64,000 bases of DNA from Glaucostegus cemiculus (Eukaryota): assembly GCA_976551045.1 (NCBI GenBank), contig CDPCPM010000418.1, forward strand, positions 1,922,001 through 1,986,000, written 5' to 3'. The notes beneath the pieces were generated by a model that had not been told where the DNA came from, searched no databases, and was given only the letters and a program-made list of their open reading frames with translations. Below, piece by piece: positions 25,601-40,600 of the stretch. A program made the position numbers and the translations under genes. Numbering within the stretch: the first letter of the stretch is position 1; every line of letters begins with the position of its first letter.

Positions 25601-28600
25601 TTCACAAGAGAAACTAGAGTATGAGTGAAAACATATTTTAGTTTCCAGTATCCTAAAGTGCATATTAAGAATCATCTCAAGAACAATTAAAATGTATAAC
25701 ATTTTAACAATAAATTATATTGCCATTATAACCAGCACTGCAATTCAACAAAATCATGGGTGATCCAATTGTGGGCCTCAACATTTTCTACCTTAGTCCT
25801 ACAAACTTGGAATTCCCATGGTCCAATATTCTAAGCCTATTTAATGGTGCATATCTTTCATGCCAAACAATCTAAATAGAGAAATTGCAAGAGTGGAGTT
25901 CTGGTTCATGAAAAACAAAAAGTTAGCATGCAGATACAGCAAACATTTAAGACAGCAAATGGTACAGTGGCTTTAAAAATAAAATTAGAGAAGTGTTGTT
26001 CTGATTGTACAGGGTATTGGCAAGGTCACACCTGGAGTACTCAGTACAGCTTTGGACCTCTAATTTAAGAGCCAGCATTGGAAGCAATTCAGAAGAGATT
26101 TAATCAACTAATTCCTGGAATGAATATGTTGTCCTGTTGAAAACAGCTCAAAAATGTTAAACCTGTATTCTTTGGAGTTTGAGGTGTGTCTAATGAAAGA
26201 TATTAGATCCTCGGCAGGAGAGCATGGCAAGAGAGATGCTGACACAGAGTCTCAAATGAGGAGACATAATTATGAAGGCAGTCATTTACAACGGAGGTGG
26301 GTATAAATTTCTTCTCACAGGTGGTAAAACTCTGGAATTCTTCACCCCAGAAGGCTGTCGAGGCTCTAACAGGGGAGTTATTTGAGGAGGTAGATACATT
26401 TTTGAAAGATCAGAGAATTGAGGGCTTTGTGGAACTACCACAGAAGAGGAGTTGAGCATTGGGCCAACTCAGTCATGATCATATTGGAGGCTGACTTGAG
26501 GAGGTAAAATGGCCAACTCCTGCTCCTATTTTCTTGTACGTTCCTGTGTGCGCGCAAGGCAACAGAGATACCTGGTGATGGAAGGGGCCTTGATCCTGTG
26601 TTAGTGGATCGGCGAGACAGGGAGAAACTAGATATTTGAGTTCTATTTCCTGGCTGCGATCTAGGAGGTATTGGCCCAGGTCCATGAGAGGCTGGATGGC
26701 GATCTGGCATTTCTGATGAACCTGTGTTTTGATTCTCTGTTGTGTCAATTTCTGTCAAAGAGAAAGAGAAACCAAGTCAGTTATTAGCATTTGACCAAGG
26801 GAAATGGAACACTGCAGGCTCATAGAATGAAAGAGCAAAGAATGACGCCATCTTGACACACAGCCCACCTGAGTTTTAGAAGTCCATACTCTCAATGCAT
26901 TGTTTGATGGAGGTAAAGATCCTCCATCAATCTAGATATATCATTACAAATGACAGCACTTCTGAAAGGTAAAGATCCAAATTTCCCCATGTTAGCCACA
27001 CTTCTGAACATAAACAGTGGAATTTCAATGGACTGATAGGAGGAGTAATACTGTCTGAAATTAGACCCTTCGGCCCACTGAATCCAAGCTGATTCTAAAA
27101 GAACCATTTATACCAATTCTACATTAATCCCATTTTATTCTCCCTACATTTTGATCAACTCCCCACAGATTCTGCCACTCACCTACGCTTCAGGGGACAT
27201 TTTACTGTGGCCAATTAACATTCCAACCCTCACGTAGGAGGAAACAGAAGCATTAGAAAGAATGAAAACCCAATGATGCTGGAGGAACTCAGCAGGCCAG
27301 GCAGCATCCACGAAGAAGAGTAGGCAGTCAATGGTTCAGGTCAGGACCCTTTTTCAGGACCTGCAGCATCATCATGCTTTTCATCTAGACTCCAGCATCT
27401 GCAGTCCTTTGTTTCGCTAGCATCATGAGGAAACCCATACACAGGGAGAACATGCAAACTCCACACAGCCAGCACTCAAGGTCAGGAAAGAATCAAGATC
27501 ACAGGCTCTACTAGCTGTGCCACTGTATCACTTCTAGCTACAGAAACATGAACTCTACATCAGATTTTGACTGTTACTTTCCTGGAAAATTCTATATTCT
27601 GAGCTGGTGCTCTGCATTCAGTCCCTGGATGTCCATACATTTTAGTACAAAGTAGCATTGTAGATAGTGCTGCTGACACACAGCATCAGCTACCCGGATT
27701 CAAACCCTATCCTGGGTGCTACACACAAAGTGCTGAAGGAACTCAGCAGGTCAGGCAGCAGCTATAGAGGGAAACGTCGACTGACCATTTCCCTCCATAG
27801 ATGCTGTCTGACCTGCTGAGTTCCTCCAGCACTTTGTGTGTTGCTCCAGATTCCAGCATCTGCAGTCTCTTGTGTCTGGGTGCTGTCTGTTTAGAGTTTG
27901 CATATTCTCCCTATGATTACGTGTGTTTTCACGAGTTTCCTCACACATTCCAAAGGCATGAAGGTTGGTTGGTTAATTGGCTTGTGTACATCACCCTTGG
28001 TGTAGGTGGGTGGCAGAAGAATCACAGCAGAGTTAATGGGCACGTGAGAGAATAGATTATAGAGAACTAGGTGAGACCAATAGGATTGATCTGAGAGCAA
28101 TGAGTTGAATGGCCTCCCCATACATTGCAAGAAATTACAATGTGAAAAATGACGTCTGCCTGCAAAAATTAGCTACAAAACTATGAGAGGGCCTGAAGGA
28201 GGCTCCTGATTGCAGAGAGAAACAAGGTACATGTATTAAAAGTAGTCACTCCAGTGTTTTGCACACATTTTGACAATTGAACTAATTTTCAAATTTCTTA
28301 ATTTATTGTGCAAAGTAATTTGATGTACTCAGTTTACAAGGCCACAATCAAAATGAATTATATCTTGCTTAATGCATTAACTTTTGTTTTCACATTCCCT
28401 TATAACAAAGGGTATTCAAGTGCCTGAGAGGTTGAACAAAGTTTTTCTGTGTGGGCAAAAGGTACCTTTAATGCTGGAGTCATCAGTATGCATGACGATC
28501 AGTCACATTATCCTACTGGACACACACGATAGTTTGGAGCAGGATGTGGAAGAGGAAAGATGGCCCAACTCAGCCAGGAATATAAGGGATTGCTGGGGGT

Positions 28601-31600
28601 TTGCTGAGCAGCACACATTGCCACCTTAAGACAGGAAGCCAGTGAAAGTCATACTGAAGAACTTCTTCAACTGACTTTACCTACCATTCTGATACATTCC
28701 AGCTCAATTATTGAGTATTTTCTTTTTCACCTGCTGAGTGGCCCAATGTGTGCTTATGGCATTTTTCTTATGCAAACAATGTTCTTTACTTGCACCATCT
28801 ACGTACCTGCTGGGCTGCTTGGACTATGTGCCACGGTTCTGTTTTCACTGTGCTCTAAAGTGCTGTTTTCTTCTGCTTCCACAGGAGGAGGTCTATGTTC
28901 CAGGATCTTGCATGTGTACACACATCGCTTCCTAGCATCAGTCGTGCTCCAGTACACCCTTGAACACCTGAAAATGTACACAACATGCCAACAAAAATTA
29001 TCAGAAACACGTGATAGAACATGGAAGCAGCCCAGATCAGTGTTACCAACCACCAAACAAAAGTTCTAATTTTAAATTTTTCCTACCTGTACTTAAATTT
29101 TCTTCTTGATTTAGCAATTGAGGTGCATTCTCAAAGCCCAAGATAAAGAACACTACTAAGGTTGAAAATAGTGGAAGTAGGTGAACCAATTCACGAGACC
29201 AACAAGATTGACTCCTACACCTCTCAGCTCAAATATAACAACTTAAATGAAACTACAAAATATGTCAGGTATTTTCCAAGGCAACTACATCATAAAAATA
29301 AATGCAGAAGTGATGACAGACAAGTGAGCAGTTGAGGATGATTTTGCAACAATGCACTCCAAGCGGTAGGTCTGGCACACAGAGATTGCAGGCCAGACAG
29401 TGTTAGATCTCCATCTCCAGCCCACTTCTTTCAAATAGGGCTTCTGCACTTATCATGGACTACACTGTATAAGAACTCATTTGTAAATTTAAGTTCATTA
29501 TTTTATTAATGAAACTAGCAATACAAATGTATATTTATTACAATTTCAAATTTAGAAGAATCCCAACTCAAATGTTTTTCTTTTGTTACTGTGACAACAA
29601 ATGCTGCAGCCTAAATCTGATCTGCACGGTTTAGATAAGAAAAATCTAAAGGAGCAATAGAAAATAATGTTAAAGCTTTACATGAAATATTAACATCTTC
29701 ATTTTCAAATGTCAGAGCAGCTGTGAACATCTGGTGGTTAATGCAGTAACAAATGTTCCTGAAATTTGGAAGAAGGATGTCAACAATATTGAACAACAGT
29801 GTACAGAAAACATCCTGCAGCACTTCATGGCATAGGAATACAAAAGAAAACTTACTGATAGCCAATGGGAAAAAGCTTTGCTTCACAGTCAGAAAGATCA
29901 TTGAGTATCCCCAAAGAATCTATTGTCATAGAACCTAGATTGAAGGATGAAACTAAATTATTATGGAAAACACCTTCATCAGTAAATAGTTCGACAGTTG
30001 CTATTTCACAAAAGGTGATTGATATTTACTCAATTATTTGTCTTAAATCCCAGATAATATGTTTGGTTAATAAAAGTATATTTAAGAGATGTAGAACAAA
30101 TGTGCATATTTCAGAGTCAGATCACAGATCAGCCACGTTCACAATGATTAGCAGAACTGGCTCAAGCAGCTGATTGGCCTAACCTATGTCTTCACACAGA
30201 TGCTTTCACCAAATTAAAGTCAATGTTTTGACAAATATTTGACAATTTGCCTCATTTTTTCCCCACACATCACATTCTGTCATTATAAAAATGCAACATT
30301 CTGACATTTCACTAACCAATCATCATGTGGATACTCTCTGGCTCCAGGCCAGTCAGGAACTTCCTTCTTAAAGTGATGTCCTCAAAGTCAACAAAAATCC
30401 TTCTTAAAACCTCAAATCCATCCTCAGCCACAGTCTGTAACAAAGATTGCATGGCACATCAAAAATGACAGAGAACATTTTCCTCCATAAAGAAAATAAT
30501 GGAGATTTAAATACCACATTTTGTGCCTTCAATTCGCAAAGCAAAATAATAAAAGGATGGTTTTACTTAAGGCTCTAAGATTACTACTCAGGGTTCTCTT
30601 ACAAAAAGAAATCATGTAAACCAGAGTACATTTCTCACAGAACACAGTCGACAATTTATGATGACCCTGTTATCAGTGAACACAACTTTTTTCAATTATT
30701 TTAATGAAAACAAATCAGTCTCAACCACTGAAGCACTTTCACAGACCTTTCAGCAGCTGCTACAGAGTGATACTGGCATACGTGCATGTCACTTTATTTG
30801 TCTGCATTCTCTGTCACAAATGGGTAAATGCAATTACAGCAAGGGGAAAAAATTCAAGTGCGATATGGAAGTGGGACAAACTGAATAGGTCTTTCAAAGA
30901 ACAAGGCAGAAAGTGGGAGTGGGAGATATAAATAATGAAGTATACAGGGTGGCAAGAACTGAAAAAAAAAAAGCTTGCTCTGAATAAACTCACAAGAAGT
31001 TTTTACAAAGAAAAGCAAAGTTATGTCGATTTCTTAAATATAGTTGGAGGAGACATTGTAACTAAAATTCAGTAATGGGCAGACTTGTTAAAGAACTACA
31101 TTTCTGTCAACCCTCACTTTAAATGATGAGGATAAAATACCCACAATGCAAGAAAACTATAAATAAATCAAGAGGAGAAACTAATTAGATTCATCAGAAG
31201 ATTAGAAACAAAATGGTCAAGGCTAAGGAAAAACTAATGAGAGCAAATGTGGAGACACTTATGGAATGTCAGCTTCAAAACACTGTTGTAAGTATCAATA
31301 GTTCATGTGCTAGTTCTGAACTTCCAAAAACTCACATCATTTAGAAATAATCCCTTAGGTTGGAAAGTTATAAATGTCACAATATATGCTGAATAGCAGT
31401 TACACTGCTATTTTTCTAACTCTTATTTAGGACAGAGTGGACAAGCATTTGGATAAATGTAAGCTGATCAGAATGGCATTTGTAATGGGCAAGCCCTGTC
31501 TAACAAACCTAGTTGAATCTTTTAACTGACAATGAGCATGGTATATGTAAGGTAGTATATCAATTTTATTAATGTAGACTTCCAGAAGGTATTCAACAAG

Positions 31601-34600
31601 GGCAAGAAAGAGACAGTTAAAAATGAGAGCTTTTGTATTTGGAAGCAACCTAATGGCTGAGACAAGAAATTCGTTGGGAGGTAGGAGACAAAGTGCAAGA
31701 ATAGTGGAAATCTCTACTTAAGTTGCAGGCTTTCATTATACTTATAAATGACTGGAAGGATTTGGCATCCACTTGCTTAAGTTTAGTGAGAATAAGGTGG
31801 TGATAATCATGAACATAGGAGCAGAAAGTTGCAATGGAGCGGTGACAGATTAAATAAGCATTCAAAGATGTGAGTGATAGAGTTCCAGTAAAATGGGAGG
31901 GCTACAGAGGAAAAAGGTGAAGGGAAACTGAACCGATAGGATTATTCTGCTGAATTTGATGGGTCAAGTGGCTAACCTGTGTTGTGATAACTATGTGGCA
32001 AGTGGTAGATCAGGGTATATTCTCAATGGCAAGAAGCTAGGAAACATAAGAGTGGAAGTTATGAGTCTCAGTACAGAAACAGTTAAAAACACACTGGACA
32101 GGTAAAAGAAATAATGAGAAAGGTTAACAGAATCTCAAAGTGTGAAGTAATGTATTTTGGAAAGGGAGGAGGGATGTGCAGTCTAATAAGTGTAAAACAT
32201 ATGCCATGAATAGTTGGGCCCTGAGGAAAATTAGGAACTAAGGGACCTTCGTTCACACGTCCAAAGATCTAAGAAGATGGCAGCACACGTAGTCAAGGGA
32301 GTGAAGCAACATTCAAGATGTTTGCCTTCATTAGCTGGGGCATAGAATGCAAGTGCAGGAAGGTTTTGGTACAACTTTATAAAACATTGGTTAGGCCATG
32401 GCTGGAATGTTCTGTGCAATTCTGGTTAACACACTATTAGAAGGATGTGACTGCAATGGAGAACATGCAGAAGAGATCCACCAGGATGTTGCTTGTGAAG
32501 GAACGTTTCAGTTATAAGGAGAGACTGAATGGGCTGGCCTGGTTTCCCTTGCAGCAGAGGAGGCTGAGGCAGATGGTTGGGTGGGGGTGGAGCCTGATGG
32601 AGGTATACACAGTTATGAGAAGAAGAGCAGCACAGATAGGGGAGATGGTTTAAAAAAAATTCCCTGTAGCAATGGTGTAAGACCAGAAGGCATAATTTTA
32701 AGATGTGGAGTAAGAGAGAATCTGAGGAAGAATTTTTTCTCCCAAACAGTGGTTGAAATGGGCCAAAGGATCTGTTTCAACACTGCATGACTCAATGAAG
32801 GCTGGAATAGAAAAGTGTAAAGTTATGTTATTGCTACTGCAGTTCTGGGCACTGCATTTCAAGAAAGAGAGCAGCATGAATTCCACAGACACTACTACTG
32901 ATAGGATTAAATTATGAGGACAAGTTGGACTGACTAGGCTTCCATTCATTTGAATATAGAAGATTAAGTAATCAAACTGAGATGCTTGAGATGATTAAAG
33001 AAGCTGATAGAGAGAAACTATTTCTTCTGGTCAGTACATTCAAAATAAAGGATACAAACTTAAATCAGGAATGGCTGCCCAGAGGGGATGTCAGAAATTT
33101 GTGCATCACCTAACAAGTACTGGAAATCTAGAACGGTCCCTTCCAAAAGCTATTAACACTGAAAATTTCCAAAATGATGTGAGTTTTTGTTCCAATAAGG
33201 ACAGTGCTGCAGGCACAAGTATTTCTGATGTATAATTACTTCTGTAATATAGACAATGTAGCATCTCAGCGAGGTTTCAAAAACATAATAATGACCAGAC
33301 CTGTGTTTAATGCCATTGATTAAAAAATGAATATTGGCCAAAATACTGAGAATAACTTCTACAAAATAGTATCAAGGGATCTTTTATGTCTGCCTAGGAG
33401 AGAAGATTTAACATTGGAATGCCAACTTTGATTGTTAGGCTTGAGTGGGACAGACCCAAAACCATGCAACTCAGACCAGAGAGCTGTCCAATGAGTCATG
33501 GCTGATGCAGTTATTGGTTACCCACAAGAACAAAGGAAGTAGAAGCTGACTCAATGACCCCTTGAGGCTGTTCTCTCATTCAAAGCTGAATTTCCACATC
33601 AACACCACTTCCTCCTTATCATAATATCATACACCTTTGTGCACCATGAGAATCAAATAATCTACATGCAAGAGCCAGTGATACCACCCCGTTGGGCAAA
33701 ATGGTCTTGTATGCCATGTTTACTTCTTGGTTATTTTTCTAATAAAACAAGTTCAATCATTCAAAAGATTGGTTTGCTTTAAAAAAAATTGAAAAAAAAC
33801 CAGTAATCTACAACTCCAATTCACTGTCAACCAGATTCTTCCCTATATTATTGTGCTACTCACTAGGACTTACAATACCAGCAGGTGCTTTGGTTGGTGG
33901 ACTGAATTATTGAGGTAAATTGCTCATATACCTTGAACCTACCTCTCCCTTGACCAGATCTTTATGCCGCTGACAATATACTTTCTTGTCATCCAGGAAC
34001 ACACAGTTTTTTGCTCGAGCACACATGAAGTGATAGTTGCTCTGGCAAGACGTAAGGCAGCAGCCAACAGTAGCCCCAGCTTTCTGGCAACGCTCACAGC
34101 GCTGAAAAAAAAAGCATGAATTTCCATTGGCTAATAAATGTTACATTAATGCTATAAAGCAAAACCTCTTTGGACAGCCTTCTGTCATGATATGGCTTGA
34201 TAAAGTTTAACTTTATGACAATGTTATCAAATCACCATCATAGACAATTTGCTGCTGCTTGTTCCCCACACAAGTGTTCAGTGCTGACTACTGACAGGTA
34301 TTTTTGTTCCAGAGTGCTCAATTTATTTGTATAGTCTATGTAGAGAATGATTAATTTCCAAATTAATAAGACTCCAGACAGTAACTGCTGAGTATTTCCA
34401 GCATTTTCTGTTCTCAGGAGATTTGCACTTCATTATTCAAGGTTTATTTGATTTTTTTTTGTTATTTACTATTCCCTTTCCTATTTCCATTATCATGATA
34501 TCAATGACTAATCTATTAGATCACTCCCAGCAGAATGTGGAAAGTATAGAGTACATGGAAAAGTACTGTAATAAACATTTTAAAACACCCTTAATGGGTA

Positions 34601-37600
34601 TAAAGTATATGTGGTGAAAATATAAAGAATATTATCAACAATGAAATGAACTTTATTCTCTCAGTGTTATGCTGCTTCTTCATCAGGGCAGTCTTCTCTA
34701 CAGAACACTGAAAGACCAAGAAAATTCTTTACCCTTTACTTTATACCAGGTTAGGAAATTCCTGTGGAACTACTGGAGCTCACCAGTTGTTTGCCTCTGA
34801 TAACAGCCATGTGGACATTCTTCAATGAGCCATCATCATCCTCAAAGACTTCCGCTGACCACAAGGCACAGTTTATGTGTGTCCACTCATTCTGACCGAT
34901 GTACAGAAGACGTCCAGCATCCTAAAAGATTCAGTTATATCAATACTTGGATTCAAGATAGGTTTACAACACCACTGGAATCGCCATGTCCCAATGGTTA
35001 GTTATTGTGTAAGCTGAAGATATCCTTTGAGATAACTCAAATGAAGTACTGTTTTCCCTCAGCCAGCTTTAGTGAATCTGTAAATAAAAAACTGGAAATA
35101 CTCAGTTCTATCGTCTCAACAACTTTCAGAACGCAGTAAGAACCAAAAATTCTTCAAACAGTTTACTTTTTAATCTATTAATAACCTTAAGGAAGGAATG
35201 GTACGATAGCGTAGCGGTTAGCGCAACGCTGTTACAGCGCCAGCGATCGGGGTTCGATTCCTGTCGCTGACTGTAAGGAGTTTGTACGTTCTCCCGTGTC
35301 TACGTGGGTTTCCTCCGGGTGCTCCGGTTTCCTCCCACATTGTAAAAGACATTACCATAAAAAAAGGTTAATTTGGGGGTTTAAAATGGGCGGTGTGGAT
35401 TTGTTGGGCTGAAAGGGCCAATTACCATGCTGTAAATAAAATTTAATTTAATTTAATTTAAAACTGGTTACTTTTCTACCACTTATTTATTTGTCCTCAG
35501 AATGTGGGCAATTCAGGCAATTTGTTTGATGTAGCTAGCTGTCCTGAGTCTGCTGCAGTCTCATGGTGATGTTAAATTCGGACAATGCTGGTGAGAACCC
35601 ACTGACAATGCAAGAGTTGCAACACATGTCAAATTAGGATAGAGGGGAAATGAGGTATCTTTCATGGTGGAAAACGTCAGAATAGGGTGATGCTGTTGAT
35701 AATATATAATATATCCTGTAGTTCACTAATGTTACAGAATGTATTATCTAGTGACAGGAATTCCAACTCAGCCATGCATCTTGTCCAGGAAGGCATTAAC
35801 TTCCAAGTGCTGATGTAGCTGCACTCATTCAAGCAAGATTCCCGCATTACACTTCTGATTTAAGCCTCATATGGTGGAGAGGTTTTGATGAATCAAGTTT
35901 TTCTACTGAGGTATTCCCAAAACGTTGATGGGGTGGAACTTGGAAATGATGTCAGTATTGAAAGTTCAAGAAGTGATCATTGGGCACTGTCTTGCTTAAG
36001 ATGGTCATTATAAACTATTTAACATAGTACTAATTTAACTGCAGCTCATCAGCCAAAGTCTTGTTTTCTCAAGTCCAACTATAGGTTGCAGCAATAAAAG
36101 CTACCACACTCAATTTTAAAGCTGTCAACTGGTACTTTCAAGTATACATTAAACCAATTTTAATTTGTAACAAATGAAACAGCATTTGACTGATGAAAAT
36201 TGCAGAAGTAATTTCTGATAGTCAATTGCATATCTACGGAACTACTTCAGAGCCCACCAGAGTTATATGCAAACGTGACACTAGGCATTTTATAGGTAAC
36301 ACTTTAAATCAAAACGTAAACTAAATTTCCAATACATCATGCAAGCAAGCCATCATGCAATAATTCGATCACAGCAATGTTTAGCCTTAATTTGGTAGAA
36401 TACATTTATGTGCAAAAATAAATGGCATGTTTTGTAGAAGTATCAACTTTAAATTGGTTGCAGATACTCACATTTTTGTTGTCATCTCCATATTTCAGGC
36501 AAAGTACACACTGCCTGTTGTCTTCAACATCTGGAGGAGGGTCAATATCTGGGCTCTCTTCTCGACTTCTGTCTGAGCCTTACCAAAAAAATCAAGCTTA
36601 AGTTAGTCCATACTTAAATAGTTATATTAATTAATCATGAATGTTCTTCTTTAAACACTTCCAAAACTTCCACAAGATACTAACATAGTAGTACTCTGAC
36701 AATAGTTATTCAGAATTGATATTTGCCTGGAGAGACCTAAAAGTATGTTGAACTAAATAAGTAACTTTTTTAAAAACATTATCAACTCTGCAGGGATCTT
36801 GATGAATCCAGCTAAATGAATACAGGTCCTCCCCAGGTTAAAACAGGGTTCTGTTCCTGAAAACTATTCTAACCTGAACAGTTTGTAAATCAGAAATGAA
36901 CCAAAACAGTGTACGGGAGAGGATCAAGGAAGTATGTTGGGAAAGTGAGTAGGTGCAGGAAGAGTGGCCACCAGCTGGTTTCACTGACTCAGTGAGTGGG
37001 CGAGTTTGCTTAGCACTCCCACTTCTGCTCAGCCCGGTTGTTGCGACTCAGTGAGAAAAGGCATGTGGAAATACTCCATTCCCACCCAGTAGAGGATGGC
37101 TGCGGCAGCTGGCAAATCCATCCCCTGGGCAGGACATGTAGGACAATCTGTCTATAAGATGCAGGGATGATAGACAAGTATGGCCCTGGTCCAGTTATTC
37201 ACGATGTAGATTCATGGCAGAAATTGCTTCTCATCTGGCATTTGGTTTGTGGCCTCATGGCCTGACAAGACCAAAAAAAGTTCTATGGCTTACTTGTTAT
37301 GCAATTCATCTTTATAAATTTGCATTGGGTGAAGGTTGGAGGGATAATGGATGGAGGAAGAACATAATGCGAATTGAATGTGTTATGATTTGATCAGTAT
37401 ATAAAGATACAAAGTTTGAATTAAACATGCAATTTATGCACAGATTTTCAGTTTTAATTCAGTTTCAGAAATAAAAAGATGAAACGATTGCTGCTTAATA
37501 TCTATGGGTTCTACTCGAATGCTAATTCAGCTACATACAACTAATTGGAATCAAACACTAATATTCTTTAAAGCTTTCTAATTATAACAATACTGGCTCC

Positions 37601-40600
37601 AACATCTTCATCAGCTATGCTCCTGCCTACTGTGATTTCTCCAGATACTGAATAGAGGATTGGCTGTTTAAATTGGAAGACAAAAGGGAAACTTAATCAG
37701 AAGTGACTTGGTCCTATATTGGGGCAGTTACAATCTCATTTATCCGTTAAGCAATTAACAGTGTGATTACTCTAACATAAAACCTGAACACAACCAAGGC
37801 TCAGCAGGATCAATTTCTGTAGTACCACTGTAAATTATGCCACAACCAAAAGCAAACTGGGAGCTGGTAATAACTTGCTTGCACTTGGCTTGCATGCAAT
37901 TGATTTTATTGACCACATTGACTGTAGCTTTATTACTTTTGAATGTACTAGAGACACGAGGGTCAATTTTCTCAATTCCATGCTCCCTGGATACAGCCTT
38001 GATTTCTGACAGTTTACGAGAAGAAATTATAATTTTAATAATCATATGTTCACTAAAGGCAAATAGGTAAAAAACCCTCTGGGATAATGGCAGGATGTAC
38101 AGTTCCGTATGACATTCCATCAGCTCTTACATTTGAAAAAATCCTTCTCTGTAATTTGAAAATCTCCATTCACAGCTGCATTTGAAAAATGCAATACCAT
38201 TATATACCACTAGATGACTAACATGCACTGTAAATGCTACAGCAGGTCATTTAGAATATAATATGCAGCTGATACTAGAAAACTAGTATTGCATGCTTTC
38301 AAAATAAACTACGATGAGACAACACAAACACCTTGAGCTCATCCCAACCCACCCACTGAACAGGCTATATCAGTTTCAGTTTAGAACCTCCAACTCCAAG
38401 GGCCTCCTCCAGGCACCAAGCCATCAGTCATAAACCATAACCAGAGTTTGGTTATTTGATCCGAATGTCAGTGCTGAGTTTGGGTTTGAAAAAAATTAGG
38501 CTTAGGTCTGATCAGCCTAGGCTGCCTCTTTATAAATGAATAAGGATCAGTTCTTTGTACATAAATGCACTAATTCATGTTAGCTTGATTAACTGCAGAA
38601 TTCAAACTTATACAAGAGCCACCCTCAATCCATTGCATGGCTGTGTCAATACACATCATAAGATGGGTTTAAAAGGACACCTAAACAATCCATTAGTGGA
38701 GGTGAAATGATCAATAAATACAGTACCTGATCAGTTTTCTACATTTTACCCTTGGAATTGAAAAACCATCAAAGTGATCAATGCTACACTGAGGAAAACA
38801 AAGGCAACTGCCGTTGATGCTATCTATGAATTTTTCAGAGCAGACAGAATTACAATACCACTCTGTGCCCATTTATGGAAATGTTCACAACTGTGCCCGA
38901 ATTTTTCCTGAGCCCTTGGCTGATTGCCTGAATTCATTTCATAGAACAGTAAAACACAGGAACATGTTATTTAGCCCACCATGTCTGCATCAACCATGAT
39001 GCCAATGTAACTAATCCCATCTGCCTGTACATGGTCCATATCCCTCCATTCTCTGCCTGTCCGTGTGTCTGTCTAAGTGCATCTTAAACGTTGCTATCGT
39101 ATCTACTTTTACTACTTGCCCTGGCAGCATGTTCTAGGCACCTACTGCTCTGTGTAAAAAAAATTGCCTTGTAAATATCCTTTAAACTTTTCACCTCTCA
39201 CCTCAGACCCATGCCCCGTAGTATTTGGCATTTCCACCCTGGGAAAAAGACAGAATTTTTATGTTCTTCTATCAGGTTGCACCTCAGTCTCTGACGTTTC
39301 AGAGAAAACCATCAAAGTTTGCCCAACTTTCTTTATAGCTAATATACTCCAATCCAGTCAAAAACAAAATGGTGTATGGTTTTAAATATTCTGGTCATAC
39401 CAGCTGTTATTGCAAGTGGCGGAGGAGGCAGAGGCACTGGCGAATCTGGATCTCCTGGTCCTTTTGGCTGTGGTGCAGGTATAATCTTCTTAGTAAGTGC
39501 TGGCTGTTCAGTACGTGTGCTGTCATCCCGCTCTTGCCACTGAGCATAGTTGTGATCAGATGATGGTGGCAACACAGCATTGGGAAGCATTCCACTACTG
39601 AAATACATTAGATTTTGACAAATAATAATTTTTTGAATAATTGCTCTACTGAACTCAGAAGCAATTTAATCTATTTGGTTATGTCAATGGATGTGCACAG
39701 TAGTTCACTTGGAAGACCAAATGGCCCATCCACAAACAACTAAATGGCCGGTTAATTATCTCCAAATTATAAAGATAAGTAAAAATCACAGGGAAAATTA
39801 ATAAATTGAACAGAGTCCATGATAATACAAACTGAATAGGCCACATCCCATCTCTGCACTCTTCCTTTCTGACCAATTTCCTCCACTTCAATTCACATGA
39901 GTGGTTTTCTTATCTCTGTGGTACACTTCCACTAAATGTAGGTTCATACATTATTACAATAGCCAGTGTTAATGCACAAGCATAAACTGTGCCAAAGGCT
40001 GTTTGGGCATTACAATTAAATTCACTCCAATCCTTATCAGACCTTTGCACAAATGCACTTCTAGCAAGAGCAGAAACTTGCAATTTCCCCTCCTAGCCCT
40101 GTGGCCAATCAAAGGAAGCACCACAAAACTAACCAATATAGTTTAAGGCATGGAATAAAAATGATTGCATTACTTAACCCTAACTTGAAGGGGGGTAGTT
40201 AAGTTTTCAGATACTGTAAAATCAAGAGCCTTATTGCTCTTACCTAACTCAATGTTTCTTAAAATTGCTGACAATTAAAGCTGGGCCAAAATCCAGTGAA
40301 GATTCTCTCCTAATATGTAATATAAATATTAAGCTGAAACACAGCAACCAGGGTGTCACAAACATCAGTTAGGTACATAGTGAACCATGGGGAATAAGGA
40401 CACAAAGAGGTGGCAAAATCCTAACTGAAATGCTGACATGAGGGGGTATAAAAAAAATCAATAGTCAAGCCACAGAAAGGGAACAAATGCTAAACAAACT
40501 GAATCAACTTATACAAGCTGTTTTTCAAGCTGTGGTTAACATAATAGGAGTTTTATATGATGAAATGCATTAACACAAGATTTTAAATGTTGTGATATTT

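Noticed and set aside
35200-35275. tRNA gene
   Set aside because: The A/B boxes run directly into the V-domain and AT-rich tail, so this is a SINE head
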